DNA from: Giardia intestinalis
Taxonomy: Eukaryota
Assembly: GCA_000002435.2 (NCBI GenBank)
Contig: CM018789.1
Direction: 5' to 3' (one strand)
DNA: 64,000 bases
The translations under genes and the position numbers were made by a program. Of this stretch, positions 9,440 through 18,100 are shown piece after piece. Position 1 is the stretch's first letter. The number at the start of each line of letters is the position of its first letter. A model generated the notes under the pieces. The model ran no database searches. It worked only from the letters and a program-made list of their open reading frames with translations, and was not told the origin of the DNA.

Positions 9440-11176
9440 CTACTTCAGAATGCTAAGTTGGAACACCTCATGTCTGGTGGAAAGCTTATAGAAATGGAAG
9501 GTCAAACTGGTGTCAGAAACATCAACTATGACGCACTGATAAAACGATGCCCCATATACAAAGTCCTTTGCCACATAGGCACTTTCGCGGATAGCAGGGC
9601 TTAGAGATGTGGCTTCCAAAGTCGACCACCGAAATTTTCCCCGTAACAAATTAGCGATTCGCTTTGGTGTCCCCCCACTGGTTCCTAGAACAACGGCATA
9701 AAACGAATGGTCTAGATAACCTAACTCACTGCAGACAGAGGTCCTATTATACACTTCAGTTAGATGACTATGGCCGACGACAAAGGCATCAACGTGATAT
9801 TGACAGATGTACGGCTCGAGAAGGAGCGCAAGAGGAAGGGGCTCAGTCTGCGCCTTTGTAATGGTGTACATACTGATGTGACTCACAAGGACGCGAAACT
9901 TTATGTCTGGGCGGTTTGTGGGGGTGTATCTGACCAAGGTTGTGTTCAACCACTTAAGTTGCTCAGGACTGAAAACATGACCCAGAGGAACACCAGTAAG
10001 TTTGTGCCGTTGATAGTCCTCCATGCAATCGAGAATTAGAAACAGTGTGTTGCCATACTCAAGCGTGAGATACTGACCCTCATCGAACGGAGGAATATCA
10101 CCAACTATGTCTGGGTCATAATACTTTCTAGCTGCAGGGGGGATGTACTGGAGAAGATCGTCCCAGTCCCTATAGTTTTGATCACAACTAGTCAAGCCTA
10201 CACGACGCTGAACTACTTGGTGATGATTGAAGAGGTTTTTATAGTTGTTACGATCCGTCACAATGTCTAGAACGTTACGATATAGTTCGTGGTTGCCACT
10301 TGTCGCCAGGAGTGGCTTGTTCCTTAGATAGCTGAACATACCGTGGTCTGCCATCATTTGACGCCATTGAGCCATGACTGCGCCTATTGTCACAAAGTCA
10401 CCGCCATGCACCACAAAATCAGGTTGCTTATCTTCCAAAAAGGACTTTAGGAGGACGTTCACACCATAGCGAGCGTGGGTGTCTGAGATTAGTGCAAACC
10501 TAAAGCCCGTTTGTGGCTTGGGCGCAATAAGATGGTAAATGCTCTTGCTGACAGTCGTTTTATAGAAGTACTTGCGGCCTGGCTGCAACCCAGACAGCCT
10601 AGAGTGATGTGTATGGTCTATAGATTCAACAGGAATTGGTAGCCACATATCTGGTTTCTCCTGAAGTCGAAAATCATCCTCAGTTACCTCAGGGCCAAAG
10701 GTGCTGTTATAAAGCCAGAGCTTATGACCGCTTTTCTCCTGGGTCACCGTGACGGGCTTATGATACCAATTAATCTGTAACGATCCTGTAGGAAGTTCAT
10801 CGGCGAAGGTGAGGAACGGGGAGATGCGTGTCGGAGTTGTCGGATTAGTTATGGCGGAATAGTACAGGCCTGCAGAGACGTATACTAAGGACGACTGGAT
10901 AAAAAGAACATGCGTGATCCAAGAAAGCACGGCTAGGGCGCGCTTAGATGCCTTACACCTTTGTTTATAAAGGCAATGCACACAGGATGCCAATATTATT
11001 ATAACAGAAGAGTGGATGAAGATAGAAACTTGGGTGAAAAAGAGATTGGAAACTCGCCCGAAAATATCTAGCTCAAAGCTCGTAGACCCGATGAACACCA
11101 TGAATCCAACGCTCATTAATAGAACGATGACTGATATTGTGATCTCCACTAGGAGTATTTGTGTCCTCCATGACAT
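9440..11176 (-). CDS. transmembrane metallophosphoesterase (calcineurin-like / purple-acid-phosphatase-like)
   Basis: N-terminal hydrophobic helices, then metallophosphatase motifs ISDTHA, GGDFV, GNHE and VGHSH in canonical order. The ATG at 11176 has the context CCCAAAATAAATG. Confidence 0.8.
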   Translation of the reverse strand: MSWRTQILLVEITISVIVLLMSVGFMVFIGSTSFELDIFGRVSNLFFTQVSIFIHSSVIIILASCVHCLYKQRCKASKRALAVLSWITHVLFIQSSLVYVSAGLYYSAITNPTTPTRISPFLTFADELPTGSLQINWYHKPVTVTQEKSGHKLWLYNSTFGPEVTEDDFRLQEKPDMWLPIPVESIDHTHHSRLSGLQPGRKYFYKTTVSKSIYHLIAPKPQTGFRFALISDTHARYGVNVLLKSFLEDKQPDFVVHGGDFVTIGAVMAQWRQMMADHGMFSYLRNKPLLATSGNHELYRNVLDIVTDRNNYKNLFNHHQVVQRRVGLTSCDQNYRDWDDLLQYIPPAARKYYDPDIVGDIPPFDEGQYLTLEYGNTLFLILDCMEDYQRHKLTGVPLGHVFSPEQLKWLNTTLVRYTPTNRPDIKFRVLVSHISMYTITKAQTEPLPLALLLEPYICQYHVDAFVVGHSHLTEVYNRTSVCSELGYLDHSFYAVVLGTSGGTPKRIANLLRGKFRWSTLEATSLSPAIRESAYVAKDFVYGASFYQCVIVDVSDTSLTFHFYKLSTRHEVFQLSILK

Positions 11177-11190
11177 TTATTTTGGGTCTC

Positions 11191-12441
11191 CTAGAAAATT
11201 AGAAGGGCGCATACCATAAGAGCAGCAAGAAGGAGAACAGGTGAGAAGAGCAGTAGCGCGTTGACTATTCCTCGATGCCTAAAAGACATCTGTAAAGCTT
11301 TATAGACTGTCCTATCGCTAGATGTTTCCTTATAATAACCCAATACCAGTTCTGTCAAATGCGCCTGCCTTTCGTCAACCTCTTGGGGTGTACTATTCTG
11401 GCAGTGGAGGAGACGGACGATAGAGAAACTATTATCACAGCAAAGCATGAGAGGGGTAACCAGGTCGGTCATCTCGGGGAGAAACAGAGCAAATCCCAAG
11501 ACAACACCGAGTTGAGTTAGATATACCTCTGAGATCTGCTCAGGGTCTCCCCTTGTTTGGAGCCGCACGGTTATGCACATGCTGCGGTTCTTGCATAGGG
11601 TTTTTTGCTGTTGTCCGTAAAGCATGACTTTGCGCCCGGGGCTGTACTCTATGCTCATTCTGCTATGGAGATGTTTCTGCTGATACAGGTGGCAGGGAAA
11701 CACCTGTCTCCGAAATATCTCGTCAGCCTGTTGAATAGCAGGATACGATACCCTTAGCACATATACTCTAGGAACATTTGTTTGGAGAAATGTTTGATTC
11801 TTTCCACATGCGCCCTTGTAGATGGAAAGTGCTGCTCGTTTTTCGCCTTTGGTTACTGTTGATATCTTGGCCAGTGATATCGGGTCTATAGGTCTATAAA
11901 TTTGACAAGTTTCGAGGAGGTTGTCTGGATTATCGCCACGGTTGAAGTCATAAATATGGATTTTCAAGTTGGCACTAGCCCGTAAGTACTCAAGTACCGA
12001 TGGGCTGCACAGATTTAATAAGCTGTTGGGCTCTGTAATTATTTGTGCATTTCTTATTATCAATATCTCCATGCACTCGTCAGTGAAGAATCTCTCATGG
12101 CATTGGTCGTCATCTTTCCTCAAAGTGTGGATTGAATTTTCGAGCGATTCATGAAGATTACTGTTCTTTGCCTGTAGACCTACAGCTGGCTCGGGTGCTA
12201 TAATCAAGGATACAAAGCCCAGTTCTACCCTATATGCACCACCTTCTGCTTGTAAAATCCGTGACTTCACATCCAGACTAAGAGTAGCACATTCATAGAT
12301 TTCATGCATTGGCTGTTGATTACCAGTTGTTACAGATTCTGTGCTTGCGATAGCAGTACTCAAGCCCAACGAAAGGGCATGGTCTGCAACTGCAATTGCC
12401 TTTGAGCCACTGCCGATAACAAGCACATCAACTTTGCGCAT
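11191..12441 (-). CDS. hypothetical protein with N-terminal Rossmann-type dinucleotide-binding motif
   Basis: N-terminus MRKVDVLVIGSGSKAIAV (GxGxxA/G) and a C-terminal hydrophobic helix. The ATG context is GAAGAAAAAGATTCATG. Confidence 0.55.
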   Translation of the reverse strand: MRKVDVLVIGSGSKAIAVADHALSLGLSTAIASTESVTTGNQQPMHEIYECATLSLDVKSRILQAEGGAYRVELGFVSLIIAPEPAVGLQAKNSNLHESLENSIHTLRKDDDQCHERFFTDECMEILIIRNAQIITEPNSLLNLCSPSVLEYLRASANLKIHIYDFNRGDNPDNLLETCQIYRPIDPISLAKISTVTKGEKRAALSIYKGACGKNQTFLQTNVPRVYVLRVSYPAIQQADEIFRRQVFPCHLYQQKHLHSRMSIEYSPGRKVMLYGQQQKTLCKNRSMCITVRLQTRGDPEQISEVYLTQLGVVLGFALFLPEMTDLVTPLMLCCDNSFSIVRLLHCQNSTPQEVDERQAHLTELVLGYYKETSSDRTVYKALQMSFRHRGIVNALLLFSPVLLLAALMVCALLIF

Positions 12442-12469
12442 GAATCTTTTTCTTCCGCTAGTCTACAGT

Positions 12470-15046
12470 CTAGTCGTCACCGATAACCTTTGACCCACGG
12501 ACTAATGGGTGCAACCCCTTGAGGCGCTGCTGAACAGACACTGTCCGGTATTTATCTACATTAGTACTTGAAAGGCATAGTCGCATCATAGCCTGGCGAA
12601 TATCCTCTCTGTAGTCCTCACTGCCCCACTTATGCTTGCTACTTGTTTGAAGGCGTTCTTGGTGCGATATGACCCGAGCATTCGGCTCTGCGCTATCACC
12701 ATGCTTTACAGTAGGTGATACAAAGGATTCTTTTGGAGTTGTCGGTCTTGGTTGAAGGCGAGGTCTCGGAGTACTCATGGCTTTCCGTTGATGGAGTGTA
12801 GCTTTTGTGGTGTGATGGATTGAGTCTCTAGATCCCATAGCTCGGTTGCTCTGTCTAATAAAATTGCTCCCAACCCTCTCTGATGATCTAGATTGGCCAC
12901 GAGAGGAGGCGGTTATAGGTGTAAGTGTCGCAGGGCAAGCGCTGCTTATAGTTGGATGCATGTCATGCACTAGCGATGGATGGTTATAGTTAGTGGTCGC
13001 GTTAATTGTCCGCGTAGATCCAGATGAGCAGCACCGCTTACCCTCTTCATTCTTACTTACGGTTAGGGTTTCCTCGAAGAGCTGCTCCAACTGTATAAGG
13101 CTGACACGCAAGTTCTTTCTTGCAGGGGTTATGGATATTCGCCCAGAAGTAATCAAGTACTTCCTCGGCCGTTCTTGCACAGGTCTCATAGTGGAGTTCA
13201 ATGACCTGCTCATTCCACTGGGCCCGCATCCTGTTGAAGAGTCGTGGGTCAATAGCGACGTGTGCACTTTCTTAAGTGAGTGGCACTCTAATTTAGCCAA
13301 TTTGATAGAATCCTCTTCGGACTCAGATAGGAGTTTGAAGCTTGCTACGTCAAAAATTGGGTCGTGGCAGGGCATGGGGCGAATGCAGGATCTAGATGAA
13401 GGAGTCGATCTGCAGCGTCGTCTAGTAGTATTCTCCTCTACACCGTTTTTGCCGGGCCTAGCTTTTACTCCGGATTCTACAGTGATATCTGTGAGGTGAA
13501 GCAATGAAACTGTGCTAGTTTCATGAATACTATTACGCGTTGCTACGGCTATAAGAGGTTGGAGTGCACTAGACTCTAGTGCAGGTTCTTGGGTCTCAAT
13601 GCGCGAGTTGAGTATACAAAGCTGCTCTGGCTCAAAGTTCTGCACGGAGTATTCCAGTTGGCGCGTTGACGGATCGCATCGTGCAGAAGAACACTCTGGT
13701 AAGGCAAAATCCATGTGGATGTTATCCGTTGTGCTTCGGACGGAAGACTTTCCTGGCTCAATTGCGTTAGTTGGCAGTTTGAGATGAGTGATGTTGTACT
13801 GTGTCTCTAGAGACAGAGGACGTCTGGCGGATGTCCCGGTGGACCCATCACTGTCTCGCTTCAGTCTTGAAGATAGCCCAGGATCGTATTTTAAGTCTGA
13901 CTCGTTGCCATCTACGTAATTGATGGGAACTATTTGCATATTAGAAAGTGTGGTGGTGTCTATATTGTTCTTTGTATCGCTAAAGCCTCGGGGTAGCGCC
14001 AACAAAGGTACTGGTCTTGCTAATTGTGCCTGTCTTCTCTCAGTGCAAGCTTTTATATCACCGCTACTCAGGGCAGTGCTACGATTTGGTGGTATTTCCA
14101 GTTCACCAGCTTGTTGTTTGGTGGCATTTAATGTTGAGAGAGGTGGGAGGCGAGCAGAGAGTGGTGCAGTGGGTGTTACTGTAGTGTGTGAGGATGACGC
14201 ATCTAACGAATCAGCGGTGGAGATAACAGACGACTCTGCGTGCGTAAGGTAGTGGAGATGCGGTGAGCACATAGATGTGATTTGCTTAGTGGCTTGACTG
14301 TCCTCGCTCAAATGGGCTTGCGGAGCTACGATGGGTGAGTCTCTCAAGGGTATCACATGAAGAAAGCGCGGGGTGATGCAGCTGCTCTCCAGTTCAGAAT
14401 CGAAAATGCTGTCAGGGTGTTTCAGCACCACCTTAGCGCTTAAACACCGAGAAAGTTTAACTAGAGCGTTAGAAAAGTTACACTTCTCTCTTGTAAATAG
14501 CGTATCTGCATTGCATGGAGGATCTAAGGCCGTTGCTGGGCGTAGAATATGCTCTTTCCGTTCCGGAATTGGAGACATTTGCAGTGATGACAGATGAGGA
14601 AGAGACTCCAGCACTTGACAAGAATCCATAGATGATTGAATCAATGGAGGAGGCTTTTGTGCTGAGGTCTGAGGGGGAGACGAGGTTGCCATGTTGATAA
14701 TGCTAAGCAGGAGAGACTCTGGGTCTCTGAGGAGGCACTCGCTTGTGGCGGTCGTAGTGCAGTTACTGATAGTCCCTGTATCTAGGAAAGGTGTAAGAAC
14801 TGGCTGAGGATTGGACTGCAAGGGTTTGCTATGACACTGCTCTATGCTCCTCTCGGCTTGCTGTGTCAAAGAATGAAGTGTTCTGCAACACGGGGACCGC
14901 TTTGGGGAAGGATTTGTTTCTCCCACTGATAGGGGTGGCTCGTGGTCCGGAGTAGAGACATGTCTACGCTGCTCTTCTGTGTTATCTAAGGATATCTGAG
15001 CCTTTATATTTGTTTCTCTAATGTCTGTGCTCTCATCTAAGAGCAT
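12470..15046 (-). CDS. hypothetical Ser/Thr/Pro-rich low-complexity protein (858 aa)
   Basis: Long uninterrupted ORF. The ATG at 15046 has an A-rich context. No domain recognised. Confidence 0.55.
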   Translation of the reverse strand: MLLDESTDIRETNIKAQISLDNTEEQRRHVSTPDHEPPLSVGETNPSPKRSPCCRTLHSLTQQAERSIEQCHSKPLQSNPQPVLTPFLDTGTISNCTTTATSECLLRDPESLLLSIINMATSSPPQTSAQKPPPLIQSSMDSCQVLESLPHLSSLQMSPIPERKEHILRPATALDPPCNADTLFTREKCNFSNALVKLSRCLSAKVVLKHPDSIFDSELESSCITPRFLHVIPLRDSPIVAPQAHLSEDSQATKQITSMCSPHLHYLTHAESSVISTADSLDASSSHTTVTPTAPLSARLPPLSTLNATKQQAGELEIPPNRSTALSSGDIKACTERRQAQLARPVPLLALPRGFSDTKNNIDTTTLSNMQIVPINYVDGNESDLKYDPGLSSRLKRDSDGSTGTSARRPLSLETQYNITHLKLPTNAIEPGKSSVRSTTDNIHMDFALPECSSARCDPSTRQLEYSVQNFEPEQLCILNSRIETQEPALESSALQPLIAVATRNSIHETSTVSLLHLTDITVESGVKARPGKNGVEENTTRRRCRSTPSSRSCIRPMPCHDPIFDVASFKLLSESEEDSIKLAKLECHSLKKVHTSLLTHDSSTGCGPSGMSRSLNSTMRPVQERPRKYLITSGRISITPARKNLRVSLIQLEQLFEETLTVSKNEEGKRCCSSGSTRTINATTNYNHPSLVHDMHPTISSACPATLTPITASSRGQSRSSERVGSNFIRQSNRAMGSRDSIHHTTKATLHQRKAMSTPRPRLQPRPTTPKESFVSPTVKHGDSAEPNARVISHQERLQTSSKHKWGSEDYREDIRQAMMRLCLSSTNVDKYRTVSVQQRLKGLHPLVRGSKVIGDD

Positions 15047-15108
15047 AGAACCCTTTTCTTTTACCCCATGAAAAAATACTTATCCTCAAACTACCCTTTA
15101 CCTGACAG

Positions 15109-18100
15109 ATGCCGGGAGATGTCACCAAGACAGTGGTCCTTCATAGAAACCAGAGACTGCGTCAGGTATATCTCGATGTTCCATCTGTTTTAACGAACTC
15201 CCCTACCTCTAGACACCTAGATGAGCACCAGGAAATAAATGTTCGTTCCACCACCCTTGCTAATTTCAGAGAGGCGGCATCAAAGTGGAAGGACATGCCC
15301 TTTCTTTCCTTCCGCAGCGGACTTTCGTGTACAGCTAAGAACCAGATCCCGGCGTACCAGGCTGTTACATATGCAGAGGCAGATCAGATGGTGAACCACT
15401 TGGCAGCAGCGCTCAAGTACGTCGGCCTCTCATACCAGAAAAAGGTCGGCCTCTTGGGGGACACATCCCCTCTGATGCTCATGTCTGACCTTGCAATCAC
15501 CTCTCTGGGGGGTATATCTGTTTCCATACCATCCTTTCTTTCGTATGATAACATAGTGTATGCAATTAACCATTCCGGAGTGCGTGTGCTTTTAACGCAG
15601 GCTCAGTTCTTACCAATGATTCTAGGCACCTCGAATCACTGCCCTTTCTTGAAGCTTGTTCTTACATTCGATCAAGTTATTGATGACATTGATCTTCTTC
15701 CTAAGGCAGTGAAGGTCTATGCTCAGCTTAGTGAAAACCAGCATCTATTGCATGATGCAGACGAAGATGAAGAGAACTCTCTCTCTGAGAACGTCATCGA
15801 TAGATCATATCTAGAGAATATTGCAGACAAGAGTAACATCGCTGTCGAGGCCGTGTTAGAGTCTACAAAGGAGTATGAGGATGAACAGAAGCAGGCAAGG
15901 GAAGGCGCTCTTGTGGAGGTCGAAAGATGCCTTAATGAGGACGATACCCTAACTGAGGAAGAGCTGGACTCTCAAAGGAACTCTGTTATAGCAGCTCATT
16001 TCAATAACGTTAATCCTCTGAATCCGACGGCGTTGAAGATACCAGAGAGCAAGGTAACAGACGAGCTAACGAAGCAGATCATCATCCGTGCGCAGATGAC
16101 AGACATCCAGTCCAGATTTACCACTCCCCTAACAGCTTTGAAGCTCTCCCAAATCTATCAAAAGAAAACATGTGGCCAAATTCTTTCTAAGGAGCTATAC
16201 AATCTAGTATCAAACTTGCGAACAAAGGAGTGTTCGTTGGATGCTGCTAAGGATTGCATTAACAGTCCGCTTTATCTAAGCCATCTGGACAATCTCAACA
16301 TCATTCAGCTGGATCAGCTTTTGGAGCTGACTAAGAGAAATCCATACACAGCTTCTGATGACTATCAAGTGGACCCTACCGATGTCTGGTCAATCTCGTA
16401 TTCAGAGGTAGGATACACCTCCAAGTACTCCTCTATAGACTATTTCTTTGGGACTTGCAACAGAAAGCTATGGGACCCAAATCAGTCCTCTGCCAATGCT
16501 AAAGCTGATCCACGCCCTGCGAAGAAGTTTAGTCAATTCAACCTGTTACTGAGTGGACATCCTGTCAAGGCAAGCGTCTATTCACACAGTTGTTTCCTCG
16601 CTGCAATAAGGTCTCACTTTTACCATCACTTTCCATACAATACAGCAACCTTTTCCCAAGTACACTCTAGCTATTACTGTCATCTGCCATACAATTCCCT
16701 TTTCGAGAGAATTATGGAACATGGAGCTATAACACGAGGGTACCGCCTGGTCTTTCACACAGGTCAGTTTCGCTATCTATTTTCCGACATGCTGCTGGGA
16801 AGACCGACAATCTTCGCTGCGTCTCCTCGGTTTTTCAAAAAACTGCACCAGTACTTAGTCGAGTTCCTGACCAAGGTGAGCGCCAACAAAAAGAAGGCCT
16901 TTGAAAAGACATACAATGCGCGGCTTGCAAAGCTCAGCTCTATATACGCAGCCATGGAGAGAGCTCACTCACTTGTCTATATGCTGGATACTATAGAGTA
17001 TTTTGAGGAGAAGTTCATGGACATCCACACTCGCAATATTGAAGCGGTTATGCAAGCAACCAATAGCGAGCTATCCTACAATCTTCATCGCTCTGCGTTC
17101 ACTTTGGCGCCAAGCTATAAGACTGTCCTCGACATTACAAGCCCCTCATACAGAAACAAGGCCAAGCACAAGAGAGCTCAGAGTTACGTTGACGCGCACC
17201 ATTATGAGCAAAAGCAGGCCATGTCACTTCAACCAGAAAAGAAGCATACTCTAGACCAGTTGGGAGTTGAGCTAAGCCCGCAGCTAGACTTCAAGAATCA
17301 GCAGTTTACTGACATCATCGAGCCCTGGATCGTCTCTAGCAACCCGCGCACACGAGCCCTTCATACCTTCAGAATAGCTAGTGAGGATATTGGTGGAGGG
17401 GACGCCGGTTGCGATTTCTCTAGGCTCACACGTCTTCGTAAGATTGGAAGCAGAGACATCAACATTTCGAGCCTGCAAGGAGAGTCAATGGAGAGCAGCG
17501 AGCAGACGGACAAGGAGAAGAAATTCAACAAGTACATGCAGGCTATTGTCAATAAAGTGAGCGCTCCCCTTTCCACCACAGTTAAAGAGTTTGTTCCACC
17601 AGAGGACAGTATCAAAATAAGTCGGAGCAAGGCAAAACTAAATGCATCATCGATTCCGTTGCTTCCGCGGAACATACTGATGTGCAGTGACGAGAGTGAT
17701 GCAAGCAGTCACAGCGAGATTAGCGAAAGCAGCACAAAACCCATAGAGTCTGCAGCTCTGCCGCCGGAAGCACCTGTTGAAAAGCTCCAGCACAATACGC
17801 CTGGACTAATGGAAGGCTCTCCGTTTAAGATGCAGCGCTATGGATCCAGTTATGAATGGCAGTACTATGAACATCTCAAAAACAAGGAGCCATCCTCCGT
17901 CACTGGAGATACAGAGTCTAGTCGTAGCGAAATGGGAACCTCACATTCAGTCGGAATTTCGTCTAAGCATGAGTCGGAGGGAATCGCTACCACAGAGGTG
18001 TCATATACAATTACTAGCGCCTCCCATTCCAGACCAGATGCAGAGGCAAAACACACAGGGGCTCAGCTCACTGAAGTGCGAAAACGAACACGCTCCTCAC

